DNA from: Eledone cirrhosa
Lineage: Eukaryota
Direction: 5' to 3'
Length of the DNA stretch: 64,000 nt
NCBI GenBank assembly: GCA_964016885.1
Contig: OZ024765.1
Span: forward strand, 16,368,001-16,432,000
The notes beneath the pieces were generated by a model, which was given only the letters and a program-made list of their open reading frames with translations, ran no database searches and was not told the origin of the DNA. Of the stretch, positions 1 to 16,710 are shown one piece after another; position 1 is the stretch's first letter; each line of letters begins with the position of its first letter. Made by a program: the position numbers and the translations under genes.

Positions 1-113
1 AGTTTAACAAATCCCGCCGAGGTTGACTTTGCCTTTCATCCTTACGGGGTCGATAAAATAAACTACCAGTAATACACTGGGTATTTGCTGGCCTTGTGCC
101 TAACGTAGAAACA
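1..113 (+). mobile_element. SINE family A, 3' part
   Basis: AAATCCCGCCGAGGTTGACTTTGCC...GTAGAAAC. Confidence 0.85.
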
Positions 114-519
114 GTTGTTTTACAATCGTTTCGGAGGGTTGATCATATTAATATATTAACTGATATATAGCAGTTATTTAACTGTATACTATCAGACATA
201 TTATACAGGTTCGATCATACGGTCCTCTTCGGAAATAATCACATAGAAAACAATATAATAAAATATTTATTAGTGGTTTTGTCCTACTGTTCCAATGTTA
301 ACTTGTAGCCATGTAATATATATTCAAGTAGAGCCTGAGTAATGTCTAACAACTCTGTATCCCCAGAATATAGGTTAACATGGAATTATCAGGAGTGACA
401 AATTATATATATATATATATATATATATCTTATACATACATATATGTATTAATATATGTATATATATTAATATATATACGTATATATATATATATATCTT
501 ATACATACATATATGTATT

Positions 520-557
<38 letters not shown>

Positions 558-593
558 TTATACATACATATATGTATTAATATATATATATTA

Positions 594-699
<106 letters not shown>

Positions 700-738
700 C
701 TTATACATACATATATGTATTAATATATATATATATTA

Positions 739-773
<35 letters not shown>

Positions 774-813
774 TCTTATACATACATATATGTATTAATA
801 TATATATATATTA

Positions 814-848
<35 letters not shown>

Positions 849-1011
849 TCTTATACATACATATATGTATTAATATATATATATATATTAATATATATAC
901 ATATATATATATATATATATCTTATACATACATATATGTATTAATATATATATATATATTAATATATATACATATATATATATATATATATCTTATACAT
1001 ACATATATGTA

Positions 1012-1086
<75 letters not shown>

Positions 1087-1087
1087 T

Positions 1088-1128
<41 letters not shown>

Positions 1129-1185
1129 TATATATATATATATATATATATGTATAAGAGATATTTAATTTGTTGGAAATCCAAC

Positions 1186-1274
<89 letters not shown>

Positions 1275-1429
1275 TAGAATATATATATATATATATACAT
1301 ATATAGAATATATATATATATATATACATATATAGAATATATATATATATATATACATATATAGAATATATATATATATATATACATATATAGAATATAT
1401 ATATATATATATATATACATACATATATA

Positions 1430-1464
<35 letters not shown>

Positions 1465-1656
1465 TATATGTATATATATATATACATATATAGAATATAT
1501 GTATATATATATATACATATATAGAATATATGTATATATATATACATATATAGAATATATGTATGTATATATACATATATAGAATATATGTATGTATATA
1601 TATATATATATATAGAATATATGTATGTATATATATATATATATATATAATATATG

Positions 1657-1708
<52 letters not shown>

Positions 1709-1720
1709 TAGAATATATGC

Positions 1721-1753
<33 letters not shown>

Positions 1754-1762
1754 TAGAATATA

Positions 1763-1806
<44 letters not shown>

Positions 1807-1862
1807 TATAATTGTATATGCATATACATATATAGAATATATGTATATATATATATATATAC

Positions 1863-1920
<58 letters not shown>

Positions 1921-1973
1921 ATTGTTTCTACTTTTGGCACAATAATAATAAATATATGTATGTATAATATATG

Positions 1974-2031
<58 letters not shown>

Positions 2032-2236
2032 CATACAGAGAGAGAGACACACATTGAGAGAGAGAGAGAGAGAGAAAGATAGAGAGAGGGAGAGAGAGAG
2101 AGGGGGAGAGAGATTGAGAAAGAGAGAGAGAAAGAGAGACAGATAGATAGAGAGAGATAGATAGAGATAGATAGATAGAGAGATAGATAGAGATAGAGAG
2201 ATAGATAGAGATAGAGAGAGAGAGAATACATGTAGT

Positions 2237-2308
<72 letters not shown>

Positions 2309-2620
2309 AATATATATATATATAAAGGGCAATCAACATTTGTTCTTCACTAAATTGCCAATTTTCTATTGTGACCGTGTAACATAGATGGAAACGAAGC
2401 GTGACAGATGTAGAGTGCAAAGGTTCCAGTGTGGCGTCTCCTAGATATACACCATATTCTACACAATAACAACAGTGCCTAACAACAGTGATGAGTTAGT
2501 GAGGCTCTCTGAAGAGACAAATACCATTATAAGCAACATACTTATTAATGGTCCCTCAGTATAGCGCCAACTTATAAGTAGGACTTCTACGTGACTTTCG
2601 TGAATATTTCCGCAAAACTG

Positions 2621-3183
2621 AATTGTTTCTACTGTTGGAAGAAGGACAGCAATTATCCCCAGTTCATTACTGGTGTTTTATTATACTGACCCCGCCCACC
2701 TCACTACGTAAGGATGGAAGGCACAGCTAACCCTGGCGGGATTTGAAATCGGAACGTAAAGGGCCATAACGCTATGCTGCAAAGGATGGTGTCCGACACT
2801 CTATTCATAATAATTGTTTCTACTTTTGGCACAAGGCCAGCAATTACCCCAGCTCATTACTGGTACTTTATTTCGTCGACCCCGTAAGGATGAAAGGCAA
2901 AGTTAACCTCGGTGGGATTTGAACTCAGAACGTAAAAGGCCACCCCTCTATGCTGCAAATCATGGTGCCTGACGCTCTATCGATACGTACGGATGGAAAG
3001 ACAAATCTAACCTGGGCAGGATTCGAACTCAGAACGTAAAGGGTTATAACTCTATGCTCCAAATAATGGCGTCTGAAGCTATACCGATACTGCCAAACCA
3101 TAGTGATAATAATTATTTCTACTATTGGCACAAGGCCAGCAATTACCCAATACATTGCGGGTACTTTATTTTATCGACCCCGT
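2621..3183 (-). mobile_element. Cluster of diverged/partial SINE family A copies
   Basis: Repeated AATTGTTTCTAC..GGCACAAGGCCAGC..ACTGGTACTTTA..GATTTGAACTCAGAACGTAAAGG. Confidence 0.82.
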
Positions 3184-3549
3184 TATACATACTTATATTA
3201 AAGTATCAGCCGTACTAAGAATGAGAAATGAAATTTCATTTTTTCCATTTATATATACATCAATATATATATATACCTATATAAAAAACATTTTTCATAT
3301 AAATTTTGTTACTTATGCTTACCTCCTATATTACGTATATTCCTAATGTTGTTATGACAAACTTCTGATATTATATTTGTGTTTTACCTTTATTATATAT
3401 TCATATGAAACCGGCCTTGTACTAGGATGAAACGATCGTAAGCGATTAAATATGTTAAACACTATTTGATTCTTGTATTTCGGCTCTGTAATATAATTGA
3501 CGTTTTACATTGAGCTAATCTCATCCTTGTAATTGGATTATGTTTAATA

Positions 3550-3590
<41 letters not shown>

Positions 3591-4516
3591 CATGTATATA
3601 TTAATTTGAACAATGTCAGTATTCCGTCATAATTCTCAATTATCATTGGTTCATAGGTTTGAAACGACTCCGCCCACCTCAGCGATACCAAACTTAAATT
3701 AATATGCATAATGCCAATGAGGGAGTGAGAGGGGAGAGAGGCACAGTGAACGCTGTGTTTGGATACACTATGTATATGTGTCAGTGTAGAAACACGTGTG
3801 TGTGTGGAAATAAGAGGGGAAGGAAAGCAATAACTAGTAACGTGTGTATGTACGTGCGCGTATGTTTATGTATGCGTGCGTGCGTGCAGCGTTCCACAAA
3901 ATGTAAAAACTATCAACATGTGTGAGTGTGTGCGTGTGTGTCGTCATTTCTCATTGTTTACAAACAAACCGAACATTATAATCAATGTTCGGTAAACCCA
4001 TGCGTATATATATATATATGTGTGTGTGCATGTATGTATATATATATATATATACATACTACTGTACGTCTGTATACATATATGTATGTACGTATACATA
4101 CTTATATTTAAATATCAGCCGTACTAAGAGTGAGAAATAAAATTTCATTTCATTCTTTTCCATTTATCGTTTTCGGTACGCCCGGCCGACTAACTCACAC
4201 GATATGCAAATTAGGCTGCTCAGCCGTTAATATGCATAAGGAAAGTATATACTTTCAAACGTTCAATCATCTGACAGGAAGGTATACGATGTTAACGATA
4301 GCTAATAATCTTGAAACTAGTTCATCGTTCCTGTGTCAACGATGGTTGCCGAACATTGTACGGCGAAATTCGGGCTGTTTGTTTACAAACAAAATGAGCA
4401 TTATAATAAATGTATATGTGTGTGCGTGAGTGTGTCTATATAGTTGCGTATATAGTTGTATATATAGTTGTATATATGTGTGTATATATAGTTGTATATA
4501 TGTGTGTACATATAGT

Positions 4517-4555
<39 letters not shown>

Positions 4556-4578
4556 GTATAAATGTGTGTACATATAGT

Positions 4579-4617
<39 letters not shown>

Positions 4618-4727
4618 GTATAAATGTGTGTATATAAGTGTGTATATAGGTATGTATATAATATGTATATATATATATATATATATACGTGTGGATATAC
4701 TTGTATATAGGTCTATATATGTATATA

Positions 4728-4784
<57 letters not shown>

Positions 4785-4861
4785 GTATATAAGTGTGTAT
4801 ATAGTTGTATATAGTGGTGTATATATTTTGTGTATATATGTGTGATTATAGTTGCATATAC

Positions 4862-4897
<36 letters not shown>

Positions 4898-5248
4898 GTA
4901 TATATGTGTGTATATAGTGGTGTATATATTATGTATATATGTGTGTATATATGTGTATATATTTGTGTATATATATGTATGTATATAGTTGTATATAGTT
5001 TGTAGTTTCCGGGGTTTTGAACCTTTAGCTGTAATAATGTGTTGTTGCACTGCTGCAGTAATTGTTGTAGCTGTTGTTGTTGTAGAGCGAGGAGCCCGAG
5101 GTGATATTGCTTCAATTTAGACAAATTATATTGGGAAAGAAATTACTTATTTGAATGTAGGCTAAGAGTGTATATATGTATCTGCATAGGCTTATATGTA
5201 TCTGTATAAGCATATGTATCTGCATAGGCTTATATGTATCTGTATAAG

Positions 5249-5307
<59 letters not shown>

Positions 5308-5440
5308 ATATTTATATGCGTGTGTCTGTCTGTGTGTCTGTGTGTGTGTCTGCGTGTGTGTGTGTATGTGTAAATATATGTGCGTGTATATATATGTATG
5401 CATGTACCTGAACGTATGTGTGTATATGAATATAAATATT

Positions 5441-5516
<76 letters not shown>

Positions 5517-5527
5517 GTATATATATA

Positions 5528-5576
<49 letters not shown>

Positions 5577-5650
5577 ATATATATATATACATATATATGT
5601 ATATATATATATATATATATATGTGTGTATATATATATATATATATGTGT

Positions 5651-5690
<40 letters not shown>

Positions 5691-5808
5691 TATATATAAT
5701 ATATATATATATATTATATGTATATATATATATATTTTTTTATATATATGTGTATATATATAAATATATATATATATATAAATATATATATATGTGTGTG
5801 TATATATG

Positions 5809-5839
<31 letters not shown>

Positions 5840-5876
5840 ATATATATAAATATATATATATGTGTGTGTATATATG

Positions 5877-5954
<78 letters not shown>

Positions 5955-6113
5955 CATATATATGTGTATATATGTATATATATATATTATATATATATAT
6001 ATATCTGTGTGTGTATATATGTATATATATATATGATATATATATATATATTATATATATATATGTGTATATATATATAATATATATACTATATATATAT
6101 ATGTGTATATATA

Positions 6114-6144
<31 letters not shown>

Positions 6145-6418
6145 ATATATATACACATATATATATATATTATATATATATATTATATATATATATATAT
6201 ATATACACATATATATATATATATTATATATATATATATAATATATATATATTATATATATGTATACACATATATATATATATATATTATATATATATAA
6301 TATATATATATATACATATATATATACATATATACACACATATATGTATATATATATATATATATATAATATATATATATGTATACATATATACACATAT
6401 ATATATATAATATATATA

Positions 6419-6453
<35 letters not shown>

Positions 6454-6527
6454 CATATATATATATATATATATATATATGCATATATATATATATATAT
6501 ATATGCATATATATATATATATATATA

Positions 6528-6581
<54 letters not shown>

Positions 6582-6625
6582 TATATATATATATATATAT
6601 ATGCATATATATATATATATATATA

Positions 6626-6685
<60 letters not shown>

Positions 6686-6692
6686 ATATATG

Positions 6693-6746
<54 letters not shown>

Positions 6747-6751
6747 ATATA

Positions 6752-6785
<34 letters not shown>

Positions 6786-7017
6786 TATATATATATATAT
6801 ATATATGCATATATATATATATATATATGCATATATATATATATATATATATATATGCATATATGTATATATATATATATGCATATATATATATATATAT
6901 ATATATATGCATATATATATATATATATATATGCATATATGTATATATATATATATGCATATATATATATATATTAATATATATATTAATATATATATTA
7001 TATATATATATTATATA

Positions 7018-7048
<31 letters not shown>

Positions 7049-7099
7049 CAATATATATATTATATATATATATATATAATATATATAATATATATATTT

Positions 7100-7136
<37 letters not shown>

Positions 7137-7137
7137 G

Positions 7138-7169
<32 letters not shown>

Positions 7170-7182
7170 TGTATATTATATG

Positions 7183-7244
<62 letters not shown>

Positions 7245-7269
7245 TATATATATATATATATGTATATAC

Positions 7270-7319
<50 letters not shown>

Positions 7320-7326
7320 ATATATG

Positions 7327-7361
<35 letters not shown>

Positions 7362-7362
7362 G

Positions 7363-7406
<44 letters not shown>

Positions 7407-7469
7407 CATATATATGTTTATATATACAATATTAAATAAATGGAAAACTATATTTATAAAACCATATTT

Positions 7470-7535
7470 ATTTCATTATATATATTTCGGGGATATCATA
7501 TTAACAATATGCTATGCCTTCATCAGACAAAATAC
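7470..7535 (-). ncRNA. Minimal hammerhead-like motif, same family as 14.9 kb
   Basis: Minus strand reads CTGATGA-AGGCATAGCATATT-GTT-AATATGATATCCCC-GAAA-TATATA. Stem II differs in sequence from the 14.9 kb copy but still pairs. Confidence 0.6.
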
Positions 7536-7611
7536 AATATAAACAGTTTTATAGATAAATATATTCGACATACCGTAATAAACATCAACTTCATTTGAAG
7601 AGGTTTATATA

Positions 7612-7655
<44 letters not shown>

Positions 7656-10441
7656 GTATATATATATATATATTTATACAGACAAGCATATTAGATCACG
7701 TACGAATGTCAATGAAGTACTGTTAGCTGTTCTTTCCTCAAACAGATATACACACACATACATACATATACGGATATACACGCACATACATATGCATACA
7801 TACATACATAATGACATACACATACACCGACAGACATACACACATATACCGAGATAGGCACACACACACATATCTGCATACAGACAGACACGCATACATA
7901 TTCCATCACACGCACGTATGCATAGGGAGACACACATACACACTCATACACACACACATCTACATAGAAACAGACTTATACAGAAACACACATACACACA
8001 CACTCATATCTACATAGAAACAAACTTATATAGAAACACACACACAGTCATACACACACATATCTACATAGAAACAGACTTATACAGAAACACACTTACA
8101 CACACACACATATATAAAAACACACTTCTCTACATGATATACAGACTTGCATGCACATATATACCTCCACACATACACACATACATACATACACACATAC
8201 ACGTGCATACACAAAACCACGCAGCGACAGAATCATAGTAAAAAATTCTACATACATATACATACACCATATAAACACACATACAAACACACACACACTA
8301 CATAGATATACATATAAACACACACACAAACACACACACTACATACACCATATAAACACATACAAACACGCACACACTACATGCACATACAAACACCATA
8401 TAAACACACACACTACATACACATACATACGCCATATAAACACACATACAAACACACACACACTACATACATACATATACAAACAGCATATATACACACA
8501 TACACACACACACACTACATACACCATATAAACACATACAAACACACACACACTACATACATATACAAACACCATATAAACACACATACAAACACACACA
8601 GACTACATATACATACACCATATAAACACACGTACAAACACACACACACTACATACATACATATACATACACCATATAAACACATACAAACACACACACA
8701 CTACATACATATACATACACCATATAAACACACACACAAACACACACACTACATACACCATATAAACACACACACTACATGCACATACAAACACCATATA
8801 AACACACACACTACATACACATACATACGCCATATAAACACACATACAAACACACACACACTACATACACATACATACACCATATAAACACACATACACA
8901 CACACACTACATAGATACATATACAAACACCATATAAACACACATACACACACTACATACACCATATAAACACATACAAACACACACACACTACATACAT
9001 ATACAAACACCATATAAACACACATACAAACACACACAGACTACATACACATACACCTTATAAACACACATACAAACCCACTATCACTACATACATACAT
9101 ACACCATATAAACACACATACAAACACACACACACTACATACACATACATAAACCATATAATCACACATACACACATGCTAAGACCACGTAGCAGACGCT
9201 GCAACAGCAGCAGCAAGATTATTAAAAACAGCAGCAATTTCAGCAGCTGAGGCTTTTGACCTGAGCACTCAAACTCACACACAAACATACACACATTCAC
9301 AAATACACACACATATACATACATACATACATACATACATACATACACACACACATACTCACACATACACGCATACACACACATACAGCACGTAGCAGCA
9401 GCAACAATACGAGCAACACTAGCACGAGCAGCAACGGATGTATTTGACCCGCGGTGTTAAACTCGGATCAAATAGTAACATACTAATACATACGTATGTA
9501 TACATATACACATACATACTTATATATATATATATATATACATAGACACACACGCGTATTAAATATTAACACACACACACATACATACACAGACACACAC
9601 ATACTGTGCAGCATCGTCATCAGCAGCAGTACCAATAAAACCAGAAACAGCAGCAGCAATTACAGCAGCAATAATATTTGACCCGCGGATCTAAAACAGC
9701 CCAAACATATACACATACGAATATACACATACATACACATATACTCACACATACATGTACACATACACACAGACTCATACACACACACACACATACAGAG
9801 TAGCATTAGTAACCTCATAACAACAACAGCATTTGACCTGCGCGTACAGAAACGGGTTCATATAAACGCAGTACAGATATTAATACACACATACACACAC
9901 ATAAACACACACACATACAGACTCATACACACACAAACACACACACATACACATACACAAACCCACATACACACAGACACGCACATTCAGACGCATTCAT
10001 AAATATAAACGGTACAGCTCAGCAGCAACATCAGTTACAGTAATATTTGACCCACGGATACACAAACGAATACACATACACATATACACACAGTCACACA
10101 CATACATACACCCAGTCACACACATACATACACACAGGCACACCCATAGACTCACACATGCAGACAAAGTGTGCAACAGCAGCTGCAAATGTATCAGCAA
10201 CATTTGAGCTGCAGATTTAAACATACAAACAAGGCTACATATACACACATATACACATACACATATACACACATACACGGCCATACACACAGCAACACAC
10301 AAACAGACTCACACATAGAGGCAGACGATGCAGCCTCAACAACAGCAGAAACAAGAGAATCAGCAGCAGCAATATTATGAGCCGCGGAGTTAACCCTCCA
10401 CAAACAGATACACATACACACACATATGAATACATACACAG

Positions 10442-10536
<95 letters not shown>

Positions 10537-10889
10537 CATAGACAACAAAGTAGTAGTAGTAGCAGCATAAATAAGACTCCAGGCAGCAGAAGCAGCAACA
10601 GCAGTATTTGAGCTGCGGAGTTAAACCTACATAAACGAATACATACATATAAACACATACACGCATATACATATATGAACACACACACAGACACACACAT
10701 ACATATACACACACACTTCACAGCAGCAACAACCTCAGCAGAAACACTACTCCTGGCAGCAGCAGCAGCAGCAACAGCAGTATTTGAGCCGCGGAGTTAA
10801 ACCTACACAAACACATACACATACACAAATATACAGATATGAATACATACGCTAAGAGAGAGGGAGATAGAGACGTACACACACAGATA

Positions 10890-10947
<58 letters not shown>

Positions 10948-11280
10948 TACTACACAGCAGCAGCAACACCAGCAGACACACAAGTTCCGGCAGCAACAGT
11001 AGCAACATCAGAATTTGACCCGAGGAGTTAACTTCAATTTAAGAAGGTTCGAGTTGGCCATGAAATGAGACAATATAGAAATATATAATGAATACAGAGG
11101 AAGGAGGGAAGTTTTGTTGCAAGCAATTTACTTCCATCACGATGGTAACTCTTTCTTGACCCCAGCCATATAGAGAATAATAAGTGTCAGGGGAGGGGTA
11201 GTGTCGGCAAGGGCACACGCGTACATACATATATATAGTTATATATATATATATGTATATACACACACATATATATATAT

Positions 11281-11348
<68 letters not shown>

Positions 11349-11398
11349 GCATATACATATATGTACACACACATATATATATGCATATACATATATGT

Positions 11399-11430
<32 letters not shown>

Positions 11431-11452
11431 GCAAATACATATATATACACAC

Positions 11453-11487
<35 letters not shown>

Positions 11488-11514
11488 TATATATATATAT
11501 ATACATATACACAC

Positions 11515-11556
<42 letters not shown>

Positions 11557-11602
11557 TATATATGTGTGTGTGTGTATATGTTTGTATATATATATATATG
11601 TG

Positions 11603-11633
<31 letters not shown>

Positions 11634-11884
11634 ATAAATATGAATATATGTGTATGTTTGTGTAGGTGTGTGCGAATGTATATATATATATATATACACA
11701 TTTATATATATATATATAAATATGAATGTATATATGTGTGTGTTTGTGTAGGTGTGTGCGAATGTATATATATATATATATATATACACATTTATATATA
11801 TAATGTATATACATATATATATATACACACACATATATATATATACACATATATATACATACACATATATATACACACACACAC

Positions 11885-11929
<45 letters not shown>

Positions 11930-12832
11930 TAAGTATATGTGCGTGTGCACGTGTGCGGCTGTGCGTGTGTATGTGTGTACGTACGTGTGTCTATGCGTGT
12001 GTCTGTGTGTGCGTGTTTACGTATGTGTGTGTGTATGTATGTACGTGTATATACGGATGTTACATCGTTTACTTTCCATTCTTTCCTGTATTTTCTTGTT
12101 CCGGTTTATTATTTTTCCAACATTTTTTTTATCAATCTTCATTGCACTTTTTTAAATTTTTATTTCTATTTTTTTTAATTATTTTCGCTTTTCTATCAAT
12201 TTAATTCTCCATCTTTTTTGTTGTTGTTTTGTTATTCCCTTTTTTGCTTTTTGTATTCATTTCGTTAATTTTTTTTGTGGCGGTGTTAGCGTAGGTAGAT
12301 AGGTAGGGAGGTAGGTAGGCAGGCAGGTAGGTAGGCAACAAATTGGTAGGGACAGAAGAAATTCAGATATAACCATTAATAGTATTCCTTTCGTATCTAT
12401 GTTCTCTAAGTTCAAATACCAGTGAGGTCAACTTTGCCTTTCATCCATTCGCAGTCAATACAAAAAGTACCAGTCTTATACTGGGGTTGCTTGTTCATCT
12501 ATGTTTCTTTCTTACTTCCACTTTCTAACTCCCTTTCGGGAAGAAATCTCCTGTATATTCAGGCCGCGAGAGGAAACGCGCCCCACTAGGTTTGAAATGA
12601 AATGCCTTACTCAAAATGCCTTACGCTCAAAAGTTACAGGAAAAAGGGAACCGAAAAATGAGGCAGGGGTTACTGCTTATGGTTTTGATCCCTTGATTTT
12701 TTAAAATATATATATATGTTAAACTTAAATGTGTCTCCCAAACAAGTCAACGCCGATCGATCTTTTAAGTCTATCCTAGGGATACACCCTTAATAATGGG
12801 ATTTTTAACCTGGAAATATTAGGGATCATTAT

Positions 12833-13016
12833 GGTGGATTGGCAGTATCGGTAGAGGGTCGGACACCATGCTTTCCAGCATAGTTACGTCCCTTTACGAT
12901 CTGAGTTCAAATCCCGCCGAGGTTAACTTTGCCTTTCATCCTTACGGGGTCGATAAAATAAAGTACCAGTAATGTACTGGGTAATTGCTGGCCTTGTGCC
13001 TAAAATAGAAACAATT
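12833..13016 (+). mobile_element. tRNA-derived SINE family A, full length
   Basis: A-box-like TGGCAGTATCGG, B-box-like GAGTTCAAATCC, body GACTTTGCCTTTCATCC..GGGGTCGATAAAATAAAGTACCAGT, tail GTAGAAACAATT; many near-identical copies in the window. Confidence 0.9.
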
Positions 13017-13938
13017 ATATTTGGTAGTGTGAGATTCTGTTGTTATCTTTTTTATATTTAATTTTCTTTCTAATGCATTGTTTGGTTTTCAAAATTATTT
13101 AAATTTACGTTTCCTATTCAACAATGCCTCAAACAAGCTACAATGCTCAGATACATATATAATATATATATATAAATACAATATCGGAGAAAGCTTTTTA
13201 GCGATACTCCGGCCAAATTCGAAATCACTCAACAAACATTAGGAAATAAGTGATTATATTCCCAATTATGCGTTCGGGGTGCTAACTAAATGTATTGCGT
13301 GGAAAATTGGCTGTATTATTTCATATGAGACATATCTAATATATCTCTTCCCAGACGGACGTCTCGTTTCATTATAGGATTCCTACAATTTGGGTGAAAT
13401 TATACCAATTTATGTAAGAGCTTATATACCATCAATAGATATATATTCAAGTGGGCTCCTATAATTCATCAGTGGGTGCCCCAATAATACTAATATTGAT
13501 AGTCTAATCAACATCAGTATTTAGCGATAATCATCATCAGTGCCTGAGATATATGTTAGGTTGCTAGTCCAGCAGTTCTAAAGAAGTGCTCAAACTGATT
13601 CAAAAAATGAGGAAGTAAATTACCGCAAAAAAAACAATACATGCGCATGACAATGAACTCTGAAAGATATATATATATGGTTCCCAAACATGTGATAGAA
13701 CCGTGGGGGCGCCCTATTGATATACAGCGCTTCTTGGCCATTTTTAAGTATGGCAGAGCCCATCCCACTCCAGGCTTGAGTACAGAGCATTTCTTTCAGA
13801 GAAAGATAAACAATGTGAGAGAGGAAATAAGAAAAGGATATAGAGGAATAATCGACTCCACTACTAGACTGGTACTAATTGTATCGACCTCAAAAGGTTG
13901 AAAGGCAAAATTGACATCGATACATATCTATATATATA

Positions 13939-14236
13939 TAATTGTTTCTACTTTAGGCACAAGGCCAGCAATTACCCAGTGCATTACTGGTACTTTATTT
14001 TATCGACCCCGTAAGGATGAAAGGCAAAGTCAAACTCGCCTATTATAATAATTGTTTCTACTTTAGGCACAAGGCCAGCAATTACTCAGTGCATTACTGG
14101 TACTTTATTTTATCGACCCCGTAAGGATGAAAGGCAAAGTCAACCTCGGCGGGATTTGAACTCAGATCGTAAAGGGACGTAACTATGCTGGAAAGCATGG
14201 CGTCCGACCCTCTACCGATACTGCCAATCCACTGCC
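13939..14236 (-). mobile_element. SINE family A, one full and one 5'-truncated copy in tandem
   Basis: Reverse complement of family A, occurring twice. Confidence 0.88.
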
Positions 14237-14319
14237 CTATCTCTATATATATAATAATACAAATACGATTTGTTAAGCCTTCATATCTATCTATATGCAA
14301 AAGGCACCTACTACTCTGG

Positions 14320-14612
14320 AGCTGACTTTTGGGAGGCTCCCGTACAGCTCTGAGTTCTTCACCTCAGTGTATTTGGGAGCAAAGATTGGGAAAACGGAAG
14401 ATGATGTGGTCGAGAGGAAGGGCAAAGCCTAGGCGGCGTGTCACAGTTTGAGATCAGTGTGGAAGTCGGATCTTCTTAAAGACCTGAAGATCCGTCTCTT
14501 CGTTGCTGTAGTGGAGTATGTGCTGCTGTACGGGTCCGAGACTTGGACACTGACCAAGAACTCACTCAGATGGTGGATGGTTGCTACACGAGAATGCTCT
14601 GAACATTAATCA

Positions 14613-14616
<4 letters not shown>
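14320..14616. mobile_element. RTE-clade LINE fragment, internally inverted
   Basis: 14367-14616 (+) encodes YLGAKIG..AACHSLRSVWKSDL..KIRLFVAVVEYVLLYGSETWTLTK. 14320-14372 is the next segment in reverse orientation. Confidence 0.82.
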
Positions 14617-14670
<54 letters not shown>

Positions 14671-14884
14671 CGAAGGAAGTGTGGTAAGAAACAGGTGGAC
14701 CATAAGCAACCAGAGTACTCAAAAATTAGGTTAGTAGAGTGGGTAATATGAAATCGTTCAAGAGCCCGATGGCTATTTCTGGACTCCGTCGGGGTCTTGA
14801 ACAATTTCCTATATATATATATCCAAACGGAACCCGAATCGATAAGGTCTGGCTTTGGGGTATGTCACAATGTATAAAACAAAT

Positions 14885-14950
14885 TTTGTATTGTATCTGA
14901 TGAGGGGCACCAAAGTTTTTGGTACCCTTGAAATATATATAATAAAATAA
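14885..14950 (+). ncRNA. Minimal hammerhead-like motif in PLE-terminus remnant
   Basis: CTGATGA-GGGG-CACCAAA-GTT-TTTGGT-ACCC-TT-GAAA-TATATA. The downstream AAATAAATATGGTTTTATAAATAT is shared with the 7.5 kb copy. Confidence 0.62.
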
Positions 14951-15164
14951 ATATGGTTTTATAAATATATATTTCCCTTTATTAATATCATTGATATTAT
15001 ACTCCAGGAAGAAAAACTGTTGAGTGCTTAGAATCTGTTATAATTAAAAAGAAATTCGTTGAATTACCAACAAATTAAATATCTCTTTGCTTATATAAGC
15101 GTGAAACTAATACTAATACCATTTGTACTGTCTCTCTGGTTTTATTCTCTGTTCATTTATTAAA

Positions 15165-15243
<79 letters not shown>

Positions 15244-15305
15244 TTCAAATATTATAATATATTAATTCAAATATTAACAAAATAGATATTCTTGGGATCA
15301 ATTAA

Positions 15306-15370
15306 ATGTTACTATACATATTTCAGAGGTACAGAATTAAGTTCAACAGTACGTCCTCATCAGATAAAAT
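15306..15370 (-). ncRNA. Minimal hammerhead-like motif
   Basis: Minus strand reads CTGATGA-GGACGTAC...GTACCTC-T-GAAA-TATGTAT-A. A related 3' half lies at 55455-55492. Confidence 0.55.
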
Positions 15371-15517
15371 AATATGATACATGACATACCCTGACATGAT
15401 AGATGGTTAAGATTTAATCAAGGTATTTATACCCTAATATTGAGAGAGTGTGAGTTATATATTTGAAGTACTCATTGAATCTTGTTTAACTCTTTAATAT
15501 ATATGTGTGTGTGTGTA

Positions 15518-15550
<33 letters not shown>

Positions 15551-15551
<1 letters not shown>

Positions 15552-15692
15552 ATCATCATCATTCGTCGACTACTGTCGAGATGATGGATCTCACTCTCAT
15601 GCCCCAGAAGTCCCTGTCCCCCACCGCCGCCCCCAGGTCCTGTCTACTGATTCCCGTATCCCTAGAGATAACGTCAGGGAATGACAGCTTCC
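15551..15692 (-). mobile_element. 3' end of a second RTE-like family with (TGA)n tail
   Basis: Minus strand encodes RKLSFPDVISRDTGISRQDLGAAVGDRDFWGMRV, then TGA repeats; it parallels the RTE C-terminus. Confidence 0.65.
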
Positions 15693-15704
15693 TACTCCTA
15701 CTCC

Positions 15705-15826
<122 letters not shown>

Positions 15827-16609
15827 TGTGTATATGTGTGTGTGTGTATATATATATATGATGTTCAAATATATATAGTTATTGATATTGTTATATAATC
15901 GTAGAAGTCTTACAATCATCAACAAATATATATTGTATGAGTGTGTAGATGCATGAGTCAATGTATGTGTGTGCGCATATGTGTGTATGTATGTGTATAT
16001 GTGTGCGCTTTATGTGTGTATATATGGGTGTATGCGTGTATATGCGTGTGTCTGTAATACACGACTATCTGTTACCTCATTGTTATTAGTTTTACGTCTT
16101 ATATAATGGCTGCCATCATCAACATTTTCTAAACACAACTAATGTTTACATCTTCTACACGATAGACAGACTATATACGTCATGCTGTTATATGAAAGAA
16201 TGTGCCAGATCATAGCGATAATATACAATACACTATAGTAATATCCTCATGTGATATCGCTGATATCGGACACAAATTGAGTGAGTTTCCCCCCTCAATC
16301 ATAATCTCACGAATCGTTTAAATTCCCATTTCCGTTTTGTTTAACCTATAAATAACTATTTACCTCCCTTAGTATGTGTTATGAAGTTGTTCGTCCATTT
16401 ATAATTTATACCATCCAGCATTCTCTCTATCATTTTCTGTATTCTTCGATTTTATTTCTATCTCTCTTCCCTTCTCTTTCTTTCTCTCATGTCTCTCTCT
16501 GTCTATATATATATATATATATATATCATACTATATCCGTCTCTCTTTCCCCCTTTCTCTTATTCGCTCCCTTTATGGCTATCACTCTCTTCCTCTCCGT
16601 TTCTCACTC

Positions 16610-16658
<49 letters not shown>

Positions 16659-16670
16659 TGTCTGTGTGTG

Positions 16671-16710
<40 letters not shown>

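Noticed and set aside
9190-11035. CRISPR-like repeat-spacer appearance
   Set aside because: Eukaryotic context, degenerate repeats, long low-complexity related spacers and no cas genes.
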